In this document: in pieces, positions 12,440 through 25,545 of the stretch | Position numbering within the stretch: the stretch's first letter is position 1 | Layout of the letters: every line of letters starts with the position of its first letter | NCBI GenBank assembly: GCA_013239625.1 | Contig: MU054323.1 | Location: forward strand, 16,558,029-16,622,028 | Reading direction: 5' to 3' | Source: Lama guanicoe | Taxonomy: Eukaryota | DNA: 64,000 bases | The notes under the pieces: generated by a model | What the model was told of the DNA's origin: nothing | The model's database searches: none | Seen by the model: only the letters and a program-made list of their open reading frames with translations | Made by a program: the position numbers and the translations under genes

Positions 12440-12595
12440 CTCATAGGTCTTAATTTTATAGCTGAAAGGGACCTTAAAGACCCAGGTCTTAGAGCTGAGA
12501 GGTGACCTCCCTTGGGCCACACAGGCATAGGGACAAGGGACAAATCTGTGATCTTACTCCAAGTCCATTTCTCTTTTCACTTTATCACTCTGCCT
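12440..12595 (-). mobile_element. MIR (MIRc/MIR3-like)
   Basis: ATAGCTGAAAGGGACCTTAAAGACCC...CTTACTCCAAGTCCATTTCTCTTTTCACT. Confidence 0.6.
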
Positions 12596-12850
12596 CTCTG
12601 CATGACTCACTAACCTACTACTCTTTTCTAAATCCATCTCATTCCATTTTCTCTCTTTGCTGCAAATGCTCCAAATTCATAGGGAAGGAAAATGGAGGAA
12701 AGGTTTGAATATACATTTTGGGCTTCCATGTTTGGATTGCTTTGGAGAAGTCTTTGTTTTGCTTTGTAGCTTGTTTCTCGGTCAACCCAGGGTGCAGAAG
12801 TTTCCCCAGGCATTTGATTGAGCAGCAGGTTGGTCCTCTGCCATCCTCTC

Positions 12851-12869
12851 CCCCTGCCAGGTGGCGCCA
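12851..12869 (+). promoter_or_regulatory. Candidate CTCF site, forward
   Basis: CCCCTGCCAGGTGGCGCCA versus consensus TGGCCACCAGGGGGCGCTA; core CCAGGTGGCGC intact with its CpG retained. Confidence 0.55.
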
Positions 12870-13939
12870 ACTGTAGCCCACAGGCAGTGATTCTGCTGCC
12901 ACCCTCCCTGGAAAGGAGCTAAATGAGGCAAAGAGAACTGCAGGCGGGGAACCTCTCAGCCGGGAAGCCAAGGCAATACCTGTCACTGCTGTCATTGGCT
13001 TGAGGCCTAGTGTCCCTCACTGCCGGCCATGATGGCTTTGGCTGTGAAAAGTCTCCTTACAAAGGAGGCTCTCACAGGCTCCAGCCACGGGAGTGCGATG
13101 GCCAGGGTTTCAGGAAACTGGGGTGAAATGGACAGAACAAGAGTTTCTCCAAAGACCGAACAAGACAGGAGGTTCCCACTGCTTGGAAAGCTATCTGTGT
13201 GTTCCAGAGGCTTGCAGAACAAAGGCCTACACATGGTTATTTTGGCAAGAACAGGAAGGTGTAGATTATCCTTTTCCACCCCGTGAAAGTGGCCACCTAA
13301 GACGTGCCTGCTGGAGGAACATCTGTTTTAGCACTAACAGAGCCTCCGTGAGGGCCTCCCCATGGTCTTCATAGCAGACACAGCACTGGCAATGGGAGAG
13401 CTGCAGCCGTCAGAGGCACACGTGGTGAAGAGTTTTGTCTCCCCCTTTCATCTCAGTGTTTCCACAGTGACAGTGGGCACTGAGTGTGCTCTGATGGGCT
13501 CCGCTCCCGCCAGCTCCCACCAGCTCCCACCAGCGGCTCTCAGTATCCCATCAAGCCACATCTTCCCTCCCTAAGGTGTTATTTTTGGAGACGGCATTTG
13601 GGAAGTGACAAAATCAAAATATCCAGCTTGAGCTTTTGTACATCTTTGGTGCATTGGGTGCCTGAGTGATGGAATTGGATCTGGCGGCATATGCTTGTGC
13701 AAGACAGCTTTCCCCATCTGGAGCCCAGGTGTGTGGCTTCACCCCTGAGTCCCAGATAGAGATATCAGTGAGTAGTGAGAGCAGGACACATCCAGCTCAC
13801 CTACCTTTGTTTCAGAGAAATGATTTTACCCTTTGAGGTACAAGGTCAAGATCTAATTTTATTTGTAGACCAAGGTTAGCTGCAATGGAACAGATGAACA
13901 CACTAAGAACAATGGGATTTTGTAACTCCTTGTTAACAG

Positions 13940-14180
13940 TCAGTGTGGAATAGTGGTTAAGAGTTTGCATTCTGGAATCAGAGAGATCAGAGCTTAAGTG
14001 CCAGCGTTGATTTGTTCTCTTGTGACCTTAGGAAAGTAAAGCAAAAAGTAAGGCTGCAGTTTCTTCATCTACAAAATAAAGATAATTATAGTTCCTGCCT
14101 GGGAGTATAGTAGTGATGATTAAGAAGGAAAAAAATTGTGAAAAAAATTAAAACTTAAATGCCCCAAAACCAGTCACATC
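13940..14180 (+). mobile_element. MIR
   Basis: TAGTGGTTAAGAG...TCTGGAATCAGA...TGTGACCTTAGGAAAGT...CAGTTTCTTCATCTACAAAAT. Confidence 0.85.
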
Positions 14181-14849
14181 ATAAAAGCACAATTAATCTT
14201 AGAAGCACAGACTCCCCTCTACCTGACCCCTTTCCAAATACTTCTATCTAGAGCTTTTGTCTTCTCCCACTGTTAGAATGTCCTTATCCTAAACCCAAAT
14301 TTCACTAACCTTGTCTTCTGATCTTTGCATTTTTGTCTACCTTTTGGAGCCACATATTAAAAACCGAATCCCTTTTTATAATGGCAGTGACGGAGCTACT
14401 GCCTTGCACAGGGACACCCGTTGCATTGCAATCTGTGTGAAGGGCACCCCCTTGTGCCAGCCCCATTGGAGAGGAGAATAGGAGGGATGGCACGGAAAAG
14501 GAGTGTTGAGAGACTGGCCATATCCTTTTCAATGAAAATCCCTGGTGAAGTGAGGACCACACGAACATTCCACCTTCTCCCAGCAAAGTGGCTACAACGC
14601 TATCAACACTTCTGCGTAGAACATGATTTCACATCAAGGCCCATTACCCCAGGATCATGCTCTTCTGAAAGTGGGGCACCAAACCAAGTCCACATTCCAG
14701 GTGAGACGTGACCAGGCTAAAGGGAGTGGAGCTTGACTTCCTTCGTTTTGCTGGATACTCTAACTAGGATGCCACTGAGATTGAAAGCTATCTTAGTACT
14801 GGAGTCCTTATAACAATTCTTTTCTGAACAATAACTCTGGCCTTTAATC

Positions 14850-15040
14850 ACATGTTATCCTGCAAAATCTCTTCACTTAAATTGTTACTTGCTTTTTGTT
14901 TCACTTTATGTTTATTTGTGTCTTTTCATACTGTCTATATTGGGAGTTCTTTGAGAAACAACTGTGTTTTGAACAGTTTAATGACTCTTGTTGAGTCTAG
15001 CACAGTGTGTGAGTCAATAATAAAAATATGCCTAATTTGA
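14850..15040 (+). mobile_element. L2 3' end
   Basis: TTTATTTGTGTCT...GGGAGTTCTTTGAGAAACAACTGTGT...GTCTAGCACAGTG...TCAATAA. Confidence 0.6.
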
Positions 15041-15287
15041 ATATTTAAGTAGAATTAAAGCAAAGGGACAGTATTTGCTAAAATTTAGAATGGCCACTAT
15101 GGCAATGGAATGAATCTATTCTGTGTGCATCCCAGCATCCCTGGGATAAAGTACCCTCGAAGAAATGGTGGCAAGTTCTGATTTGGTTAATGAATCACAA
15201 TTTCCCAAAGTACAAGCATGACGCTTAGGGGAGCCCTTAGTAATAATTCTTCACGTGTGGTTTTCCCGCTCACATTTTTAACATATT

Positions 15288-15493
15288 CGGTGATTTTCAA
15301 ACTGCACTCTGTGGAGCCTGTGAGGTTCCAATGGGATGTCCCAGGGATGCGTGGGAGGGGCAGAAAAGGGGAGAACAGAGGGTGGGGCTCTGTCAGCCCT
15401 TTATTTCACCCAGAGCTGTTGGCCTTTGGCTGTTGTATGTATTGGACTTCCCTGTAGTATTTCTTTTGGGGGGAAAAATGTTGAAAAGCCATC
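15288..15493. mobile_element. hAT-Charlie MITE (MER112-like)
   Basis: Ends CGGTGATTTTCAAACT / TTGAAAAGCCATC; internal GTGGAGCCTGTGAGGTTCC and TGTATGTATTGGACTTCC. A related copy lies at 48828-48957. Confidence 0.6.
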
Positions 15494-16154
15494 AGTTTAG
15501 CCCGTCCCTGGTCACTTCAGAGTGGTAGGGAATATGACCAGTTCCATGTTTCCACTTACATAATGCATTTCTAGGTGAAGTGGATTTGAAAAAGAGTCAA
15601 AATTAACTTTTTAATTGCTAAATTTGGTCCTAATATGTTTAAAACTCATAACAGTCCTGGTCTAAAGGGAAAGGAACCGCACCATCCCCATCACTCTTTG
15701 TCAAGCCTTCCCCCTCCCTCTGCAGACCCAGCTGGAGAGGGAATTAGACCTGAAGGAACCCTGGGGACTTGACAGACACTGAATAAATGGTGTTGCCTGT
15801 TTGTGATTTGCTTCAGATTTGGGGGCAGTTCCTTGAGAACCAATCCTCACCTGCTGTTTTGATGACAGAAAAAAAAGTACCTATTCTTCCTTCTGGAAAG
15901 AAATTCTTGTGTGTTTTTCTTACTCAGAGATGACGGTCAAGTATCTAAAAATGGGTCATTTACTGGCCCTTGTGGGTGATCTTCTCTGGAGAGAAAGGGG
16001 CAGGGTGGGAAAACATATTTCCTTTCTCCACTTCTCAGCCAGCTTCCTAGGGGTCCGTGACGGGCGAGGCCGGGGGGGGGGCGCTCTGAAGCTACCTTGG
16101 TCTCCCAGATTATATTTTCTGACTGTCAAGCCTCCTCCAAGAATCATATTTTAA

Positions 16155-16330
16155 TAAGGATTTGGGGCTCATACCAAACTCTCATCATTTTACGTGCTAT
16201 AAATATTTAGAAATATCTTAACTCTGCTGCCATTGTTTCTTTATCTGCAAGATGGAGACAATAATAACTTTCACAGAGGGCATTTGGCCTGATTAAATGA
16301 AGATGGATGACAAAATAACTAGGAGAGATC
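16155..16330 (+). mobile_element. MIR (degraded)
   Basis: ATATCTTAACTCTG...GTTTCTTTATCTGCAAGATGGAGACAATAATAACTTTCACAGAG. Confidence 0.65.
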
Positions 16331-17859
16331 TGGAATAAAGTTGGAAAGGGTCAGTAGCAAAAATTTAGTGGCTAAGATGGGTGACCCCAACTCCAAAGCA
16401 CTAGGAAGCAGGGGATGAGGAGCACCACGTGGGGCAAATGTCATCACACTAGAAAAGGGGATTTTGCTGTGATGTCTTCACCGCCCCCCACCCCCGCCCC
16501 GCCACACTTGTGGAGTAGCAGGAAAAAATCTGAACTATGTTGAGTATAAAACATACACTAGCTGAAACATAAGGAAATATTTCCATTTTTCTTTCTTTCA
16601 GTGTTATAATAAACAAAACCAGCCTGTGACCAATAAAAACATATAAGCTTTCTTCCTAATCTGTGTTAGCTGCACTTAATATACCAGGAATGAGGAGCTT
16701 CTTTGAAAATAACTTTAGTTGAGAAATATATCTTTTCATTTTGAGGGATTCCACCCAATTGGATATTTTCAGTTACATTTAAGGGAACTCACATGCACTG
16801 TCTCCTATCTGTGGTGCTATTAAATTCTGAGAAGGGTTAGAATATAATAGTGTACAAGTCAGTTAGACTTTTTTATTTCTCTGCAACTAATCCTCATAAG
16901 TCCCCATCCTACTGGGCCAGAGGGTAGGGAAAGGGCAGACAGGAGACAGAAACTTTTCTATTTACAAGAGTCCTTGGATTCGAAACAGTCTCTTACCTAA
17001 AGTTCAGACAGATGCTCCAGGGTAACCTATGTATCTTTGGGAAAATGTTATATCACTTAGGTTTCCCACCTCCCTCAACTAAGATGGCATCTGGCTGAAG
17101 AGGGAAGCGCGTTCTCGTGGTGATGGGGAAAAGGGTCCACCAGCTGGGTCTCTGATCAAATGTGGTTGGCTAGGTCTGTACCCTGGGCACTTATCTGATA
17201 TCCATGGCTCAAGTCCATGGCTGATGAAACTCGTGGTCTGTTCGCTGTTGGCTCCAGCTCTGGTCCCCTCAAATGGTCTGGTCTGGGGTGTTGGCGTCTT
17301 AATTGCTGGCTCTATTGTGCGGCATGTTTGCTGGTCTTTGAACAACTAACTAGATGTCCACTACGTAGCTTCCTGGCACTCCAGAGGCATGACCTTCTGT
17401 CTCCCTCACAGCTGGATAGAGTCTACCCCATAGTCATTGTGTCAGGTTCTTTTTCCCCATGGGACAGCTTCACTTAAGGCTAGTACAATCTTCTCTGGGC
17501 CCCAATAAACCTCGGTATTCACACATGTTAACCTCATTTTTGGAGAAAATCTACACCCTATCCCCGATCATTATGCTAACACTTTGCATTTTCCAATACT
17601 TAAGAGATGTAATATTTAATACAGGAATTCTTTAAAGGGACTTAACATTTTCTCAGTCTTCTCAGGGAACCCTGTCTTCTCTGGGATCCCTTTAAAGTTA
17701 TTTTACTTCTTAGAACCTTTTTGGGGTTTTGATTCCTTTCCTATCTGATAAGGTTTCTCCTACATTATACCCTTCTCTTTCCTGAGGCAGCGTCCACCCT
17801 CTTCCTTCCTCAGGGTCATAAAGGTGCAAGAAATCTGTCAAAGGAAAACACAGCAGGAA

Positions 17860-18050
17860 GTATTTATTACTGTTATTATCCTCTTTACACATACTTTATT
17901 TTATTTAATCCTTGCAATAGCCCCCAGGGGTACTTATCATTATCCCCATTTGCAGATGAAGAAACAGAGGTTCAGAGTGGTTACATCACTTACCCAAGTG
18001 ACTGAACCAGAATTGACTGCAAATCCTGTGCCATTCCATCATGCCAAACT
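17860..18050 (-). mobile_element. MIR
   Basis: TATCCCCATTTGCAGATGAAGAAACAGAGGTTCAGAGTGGTTACATCACTTACCCAAG. Confidence 0.88.
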
Positions 18051-19984
18051 GCCACCCAAGGAACTATAGGAGGCAGACACTGCTGAGTTGCTTTATTAAC
18101 AAGGAGTTACTCTTCTGCTGGATGTCCCCAGCACTTCAATCTGATTTGTCTTTCAGATTCGCTCCCCCACCCTCATCCGCAGTGCAATGCAGGAGAGCAA
18201 AAGCTGCATAGCCTTTTAAGGTGCTTGGTCAAGAAGTCACTTAATACAGAATTAACACATCATCACTGCAATTACAGTTTGTTTCTTTGGGAAAACAAAT
18301 GAAATGCTCACTTATTTATCACCACTCCCTTTGGAAAGAGCTAGCGACACGGTGAAGTAGAGAGTTTACCATAAACAATAAAAGGTGAGTGCAGAGGCTT
18401 TTTAAAACAAGACCAAACATTTGGCTGGAGCCCAGAAAACATTACTCTTTGTCCATTAGGATTCTCTCCTACACAGTTTTCCAGAGGAGGATGAAATTCC
18501 TTGGGTCATGTTATAAACATCCATCTTTTAAATCACGCCCCTAATAGAAAGAACAGAAGACGAAGCATGTGCTGTAAGTCATTCGCCTGCAGAATGTGCT
18601 CTGCACACAGTGATATAACATGTGGGGTCAGCCCCTGCGTCAAAGACCAAATACACAAGTGTAAAGAGATGGGAGGAAAAAGACAGACTCCACATGGCCA
18701 GCCTAGGGGAGGGCAGGACAACCCTCTGGGGAGGAGAGTCTTGGAAAAGGCTTGCTGGGGAGGAGCTGAGGGGAACATGACTGCAGCCATCTGGGTCAGA
18801 GATGGGAATACATGCCTGGATGTAGGGGCAGTGCTCAGTGGAGCAGGGAGGAGATGCTGGAAGGGGAGTCTGGAGATTTCTTGGCTATTGTGTGATTGGA
18901 TATAGCCCAGAAGGGGTCCAAAGCTAAGGAAGGCACTTTTCCCTCTCCCCAGGACCCCAAAACCTTCTGGATTCCCAAAATCTTCCTCTCTCATCATCTC
19001 CTTTCACTCTGGACCGAAAGGAAAAAGGTTTGTACCCTACTGGCAGAGCAGACAGCACAGGGGATAGTTTCTGCCCCCCTCTCTCGTTAATCCTTCCTCT
19101 CCAGCCAAATACATCTTTTCGCTTTTTAATTCCTGTCAAGGAGTCAAGCAATATACACATTCTGTCTGAGCCCTGTGTTCCCCACATCCATGCAGGAACC
19201 CTCTCTAGATGACCCACCCTTTGTAACTGATAAACTGTAATTTGCCCCATCTTTGTTAGCCCCATACTCCTGTCCTCCAAGTTCACCACCCCGGTCTTAC
19301 CTGTGCTATTTAATTCAAGCATCACAACCCAGTGGACCAACTGTGACAGAGCACTACACAAAGAGACTAAAGACAGGTTCTGCTTTTAATTAGCTGAATG
19401 GCTGAGAGTAAATGTTATAATAAAGGGTAGATATCTATCATTGATTGAGCATCTAGTAGGTCAGGTCCTATGCTAAGTACTTAGAGTTATTAATTTAGGA
19501 AAGTGAGCACCATTATTTTTAAGTTTTTTAGTAACTGGAAGTTTTGGTACCTTATTAACTTGCCTTCTTTTTTCCCATGGTCATTAAATTTGAAAATAAA
19601 ACAAAACTCCCCATAACTGAAAGGGCTTCCTGGTTCTCAGGGTCAGGGGGAGGAAGGGATTGTGTGCATGTCAGGATCTTCTGGCATTTCCTTCAGTGGA
19701 ATCGAAGTAGGAGAACAGAGGGTAGGCAGTGGGGAAAGGGCAGATGGGCAAATCCCTGGGATATTTAGGGGACAGGGAGGAAGGAAGTAGGATGCTTCCC
19801 TGTGAGACATGTATCTATGCATTGAGCAGTGACTGGTCCCTTTGGCTCTGCTAAATAATCATAGGCCTGCGCTTGAGTCTCTGCCCTTGTACACGGTCCC
19901 TAGGTAACCGTGGGATGTTATTTTACCTTGATGAGCTTCAGGTCCTGCTTTTTAAGATTAGCAATGGCCAGTGACCAAACTCAG

Positions 19985-20150
19985 AGGATAGAACCATGGT
20001 TCAGGCTCTTTCTCCATGACAGACTAGCTGTGTGACCTTGAGTGAGTCATTGAACATCTTCTGAGGTCATATTTTCATCTAAAGTGGAAATAGATGACTA
20101 CCCTACCCTACAGATCAATGTGATAATGTGGGGCCAGTGCTTTTTCAGCT
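19985..20150 (+). mobile_element. MIR
   Basis: ACTAGCTGTGTGACCTTGAGTGAGTCATTGAAC. Confidence 0.75.
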
Positions 20151-21009
20151 TGAGGACATATTTATGAAGCAAAAGTATCGGAAGGCAATGAGACAGGTCC
20201 CTTTTAGCTCAGACAAATTCGGATTTTATGAGCAGTGACCTTATTCATGGAGAACAGCCTTGCAAAGCTTCACAAAGCCCTGCCTCTCCACATGGCTACT
20301 CCTTGTTTCCAGCAGCTGTAGATGAGAGAAGGCTCCTCTGGGTACTCACTCACCAAGCATCATTATCTTATTTCTCTGCTGATCAGAGTCTGGCCAAAGA
20401 ATAAAAGATTTCTGTCTCAGTCTGGCAGTCGTTTTCTTCTTCACTCTAAAGACACTAAGCAAAGTCAAGTTCAAGGAACTGAATTCCTCAGAAAAAGATT
20501 CCCTCATAGTCTGGGAGAAATTAGTTCATACTTAGAATGAGTGTGTCCAGACCCCTGTGGCTTTCTCTCTCGTAGTTTTTGTAAATTAAACTAAAGGTGG
20601 ATCGTGTTGACCCAGGCATTAACCATGACTTTTTTATGGGCTGTTTCAGGTGCCCTTTGCGAATTTCATGATCCTTTCTTACAGAATGGGTGGAGTGGTG
20701 GTGGGCTGTATTTTTCAGTTATTGATTTAAATTAATCATAGCTCATCCTGTCCAAACACTGGATTGTGTACACAGGTGGACAGGCAATTCATCTTTAAGC
20801 GTTTAAATCCTGCCTACTCTTGCATATTGGTATATATAGATTATCAAGCTGCAAAAATATAAGGATTATCTCCAATGAGACCTCTTACACTGCTTCTAAA
20901 AGGTTATCAAAATAGAAAAGAAGCATTCAGCTTTGGAATTTATGCCCTCATTTTTAAGTAGTTAATGTTGGGGAAATGAGCTGAATTCTATCTTTGGAGT
21001 AATCAAACT

Positions 21010-21125
21010 TAGCCTTTTGAGAAAGTCCCAAATCCACTACCTAATAGCTGTGGTGTACTCATAAGTGGAGTCACTTCACTTCTCTGAACATTAGCTCAGT
21101 TTCCTCATCTGAAGATGAGGGTATG
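21010..21125 (+). mobile_element. MIR
   Basis: GTCACTTCACTTCTCTGAAC...CTCAGTTTCCTCATCTGAAGATGAGG. Confidence 0.75.
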
Positions 21126-21344
21126 GTACAAAACTATACTACATCTTTAAAAAATATATATTGATTTAAATTCTAATATGCAAGATCTTCTGTTCCTTAT
21201 GAGGTATGAAATGAGAGTAAAGAGTGCCTATTGTTTCTCATTGTCATTAACATAGTGACTTGGATGTGGTAGATGTTTGACATATATTTATTGTAAGGGG
21301 TGCTAACTCAGAACATCTGATTGATTTCCCAGTGGCAGCACTAC

Positions 21345-21500
21345 TGAGCCTCCTCATTTTACAGAGGAAGGAACTGGGAGGGGAGAGGAGCCTCCCCAGA
21401 GAGGTCAGCCAACAGCCAATAGACAACACATTGTCTTTCATGGTGGACCTCAGACGAGAAACCAGCTCACCTAAATCTCAGGCCACTTTCTTTTACACTA
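21345..21500 (-). mobile_element. MIR
   Basis: CCTCATTTTACAGAGGAAGGAACTG...ACCTAAATCTCAGGCC. Confidence 0.6.
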
Positions 21501-21504
21501 CATA

Positions 21505-22140
21505 GTAGTACAAGATTTTTGACCTAAACAACTAATAGGAAGCAGCCACCATTAAATGAGGTGGAGAAGACAGAAGGAGAAGTAGATTGGGGGTGAGGGT
21601 GGAAATAAAGTATTGGTATTTGGAAATGTAAAGTTTGACCTTCATATTGGATATTCAAGTGGATATGTCAAGTGGGAAAGTGAATAAAGTCTGTGGCTCA
21701 AGAGAGAGGTCATGCTGGATATACAAATTTGGAAATTATTGATGGAGAGATGGTATCTAAAGTCATGGAACTATATAAGATAACCTAGGGAAGGCACATG
21801 CTTAGTGAAGAGTTCCCAGGACTGAGTACTGGGGCATTCCAGAAGCTGGAAATGATCCCAATACAGAGAGTTCTGGATGGAGTTGATGAGAGGAGAAGGC
21901 ATCCAGGGACCCTCCAGAGGGTTTAGTCCCAGGTAGGAGCCCAGGCAGTTAATTCATTGTAACTAGAGGGCAGGCTGAGTATTGTTATACAGATACAGGC
22001 AGCAGAAACTGTCAAAGTTCTCTTCTGCTAACTCTTGTTTTCTCAATGAGATGAGGAGAAAGATTGTTGGCTGAGAGAGAGGAGGATAGATAAAGAATTG
22101 GAAGCTTGGGAGAGAGAATAGTTGGGAAATAATTGCTAGA
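21505..22140 (-). mobile_element. L2 fragments (ORF2 region, antisense)
   Basis: TTTGGAAATGTAAAGTTTGA...GGATATTCAAGTGGATATGTCAAGT...GAGAGGTCATGCTGGATATACAAATTTGGAA; a second piece at ~21990-22140. Confidence 0.75.
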
Positions 22141-23239
22141 GAACTGAAATAGGACTGCTGGACACCTTGTGCACTGCTTGGCACAGAGTCAGGCTCAATA
22201 AATCTTCCCTGAATGAAAGATGGACCCAAGAACCTAAAGAAGGAGCCAAATTGAGAATTTGAGTCCCAATATAGTGCATGACTCAGCCTATCAGATTTGG
22301 GTCCATATTCAATAATGCAAATTTGGCTGTTTTCCTGAAGTTCCATTGAAGGAAACTATAAAAATTGTGATTTAAGCATCTTTACTGGCAACCAAAAAGA
22401 GGGCTCCAACATATGCCAAATGATAGAATTACAGATTCTCCGTGGAAAGCTCCTTTCCCAAATAGAGATTTTTATTGCCACATTTCATCTCCCAGTATGG
22501 TACTGTTCTCTTTATTGGTACCTTTACATCACTTACAGGTTTTTTTTTTAAACATCAGTTTCCCAGCATCCATCATTTTTATAGCCTCTCTTCCTATTTT
22601 CCACACAAAAAGTTTTCTTTTACATTTTCCTTAGGAATGTCTCATTAATTTCGTATGTTTACAAACTTTTACTATCCCATAAAGGTACTTCCCTCTACCC
22701 CCAGAGAAGTATCTAGTCAGAGAAATAAAATATGTGAACCAAAGGCTTAGCATTCTTTGCAGCTAATTCATCTACATTGACAAGGTCTCCTGAGTCTTTG
22801 GCTGCCTTCTTAATGGATGATTCACCTGCTTGCAGAGAATTTCAATAATTTTTTGATAATGGTCTTTGGTTTTCAGCCAGAGGTTGCCTCTGAAAGTATA
22901 TCTTTCTAAAGTTTTGAGACTCACAAACTTTGACCAGAGTAATTCTCTACAGATATATTCCCAGGTTCTTTTTTTCCTCTTCCTTTTTCTTTCCTTTTCT
23001 TTTTTTTTAAATCTCAGGCCATTCTGATTAAAACCAATCCTTCTGTAAATAAGGAAAAAATATTCAGAATTAACTGAAGTCCAAGACTTCATGTTTTGGA
23101 GATCAATGAAGGCAGCAGCTAGAAGCTATATTACTTTAGATAGATTTAGATACATAAATAGGTAAGGAATTTTCATTTTACTTTTGAAACATATCAGAAA
23201 GCCAGAAATATACCAAAAAAAAAATAATAAAGCAGACCC

Positions 23240-24590
23240 CACACCTTCTTTCTGGAGCATATCTTTAGTAGTTCTTTTAGCAATACCCTATAAACAGTAA
23301 ACTCTTTCTGTTTTTATCTGGAAATGCCCATGTCCATACTCTCACTCTTGAGTGATAATTTGGCTAGCTGTAGAATTCTAATATGATTTTAATTTTTGCT
23401 CAGCACATTGATGTATTACTCCACTGTCTTCTGTCTCCATTGTGGCTGTTGAGAAGTCTAAGTCTAAATAAATTTCTTTTTAGATAAATGGTCTCTCATC
23501 TTGGGTTTCTTTTAGGATCTTCTCTTCCTTATTAATGTTCTGCATTTCCACCCTGATGCCTCTACATGTGAATTTGACTTCTTATCTCTGAAGACTCATG
23601 TCATCAATTATGGAAATTCCCAGTCATTGATTTTTCTTTAATATTGACTTTCCCTTCATTCCTTTTCCTTTTCTTCTTCTTAAACTCCTTTTAGGCATAG
23701 GTTGGATTTTCTTTTTTTCCTTCACACTTTTCACATCTATTTCATAGTTTCAGTTTCTTTATGTCTCTATATTAATTCTCCTCAGAGAGATCTTCTAATT
23801 TTCTGATTCCCTCTTCACCTGTATCTAATCTGTTGTTTTATTTCTTTTTGAGATTTTGATAGTAATGATATTTTTACTTCTGGAAATTCTATTTTTATTT
23901 TGTTGTTCTTTTATTATGCCTCTGATTTCTTCTTTTATGCTCTTAATCATTTAAATTCATGTCTTTTAAAGTCTCTAGGCAGTTGTTCTATTATCTGAAG
24001 TATTTTATTAACTAGATCTTCTTATTCTCATTCATGCTGGATTTTTTTATCCCATGTATTTTATAACTTACAGTGAGTTTATTCTTAGTAGAAATTGTTT
24101 TTCTGTAAGAATTATCTGCCATCTTGATTGTGGGAGCAGCCCTACAGGGGGATGTGATGGGGAGTAGGGTATAATTTGCATTTCATTTGCTTCTACAGGT
24201 GTCCCATAGGCATCACTGGCTCTGGCTTTACCATTTCTGGCCAATGAGGGTTGCATATATTTGAACCATTGATTTGCCAGGAGCTCAGGCCAGGGGTTTC
24301 CATTTCTCTAAGTGCTTTTATTCACCAAGTGCCTAAGCATAGAATACCTATGGTCTCCTTGGGCAGAATATGTTTTAGTCCAAATTCTGATACCCTTTAA
24401 GAGTCTGGGCTTTATGCAGACATCTCAGCTCCTTATGTTAGCCCATAATCTTGTCTCTGTCCCTTCACAGCTATTAAAGTCCAACCTAAGGCTGTGCCTG
24501 ACCAACTACCATGCCCTTCTCATGGTGGCTACAGCACTAACATACAAGCCTGCTTTCCCAGGTTTTAATTTTCTCTTTATTCTTGTACCT
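23240..24590 (-). mobile_element. Ancient L1 ORF1-region / HAL1-like remnant
   Basis: T-rich antisense L1M ORF1 motifs: GATAATTTGGCTAGCTGTAGAATTCTA, TTACTCCACTGTCTTCTG, TTGTGGCTGTTGAGAAGTC, TCTCTTCACCTGTATCTAATCTG-like. Confidence 0.7.
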
Positions 24591-24614
24591 AAGTAGCTCT
24601 CATTCTATGTTGAA

Positions 24615-25545
24615 AATTGAAGCAGACATAAGAGAAATTTCAAAAACTTCCATTCTACACGTACTCACCTACTAGCAACTACCCGCTACCCTCCCTCCTA
24701 TTTCTGTGGATGAACCATTTGTGTCAAAAGACCAATTCCTCCATTTGCTCACTAGCTCCCATTCCCTATCACCTATTCAAGAACATCACTCCAGTAATTC
24801 TCCTCTCTGTATCTTGACCAAATTTTCTCTTTTTCCTGGACTACTCTTATCAGAATACATATACTGTTATTTCTCCTATCTTAAAAAAAAAAACAAAACA
24901 AAACTTGATTCCTCTTCCCATTCAACTACTGCCCCACTTTTCTGCTCTCTTTACAGAAAACTTCTCAAAGTTTCTGCCTCCAATTCCTCTTTCCATTTCT
25001 TTCTTATGCCCATTTCAGTCAGCCTTTGTCCTCACTGTTTCACCAAAAGCACTCTTTTCAAGGTCACCAATGACATCCACATTGCTGATTCAGTTCTCAG
25101 TCAGCATCTTACTTGATCTAGTAGCAGAATTTGATGTTGTAGACCATTCCCTTCTCCTGGAAATCTTTACATCTAGTGGTGTTCAGGACTCCACATTTTC
25201 TTTGTTTTCCTTCTTTCTCATCAGCATTTTTTTCAGGCTCCTTTGCTGATTCTTCATTTTCTCCCCAAACTCTCGAGTACCCCATAGTTCAGTATTTGGA
25301 TGTCTCTTTTCTAGCCACACTCAGTCTATGGATGAGCTCATTCCAGTCTCAAGACTTTAAATGCCATTTATAGGCTGACAACTTCCAGGTGTATATTTCT
25401 AGCTTGTATCTTTTTTCTAAATTCCAAATTCGTATGTCAAACTGCCAACTCAGCATCTCCGATAGGTTGTCCAATAGACATGTCAAACATATCTTGTCCA
25501 AAACTGCCCTCTTGATCTTTCCTACCAACTTTGCTCTACCCTCAG
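24615..25545 (+). mobile_element. L2 LINE, reverse-transcriptase region (fossil)
   Basis: ORF-track peptides PFQSAF, STLFKVTNDIH and FSVSILLDLVAEFDVVDHSLLLE are L2 RT motifs, split across frames. Confidence 0.9.

Noticed and set aside
17630..17697. 11-bp inverted repeat CTTTAAAGGGA/TCCCTTTAAAG
   Set aside because: The arms are short, partly self-palindromic and 46 bp apart, with no TSD; plausible by chance.
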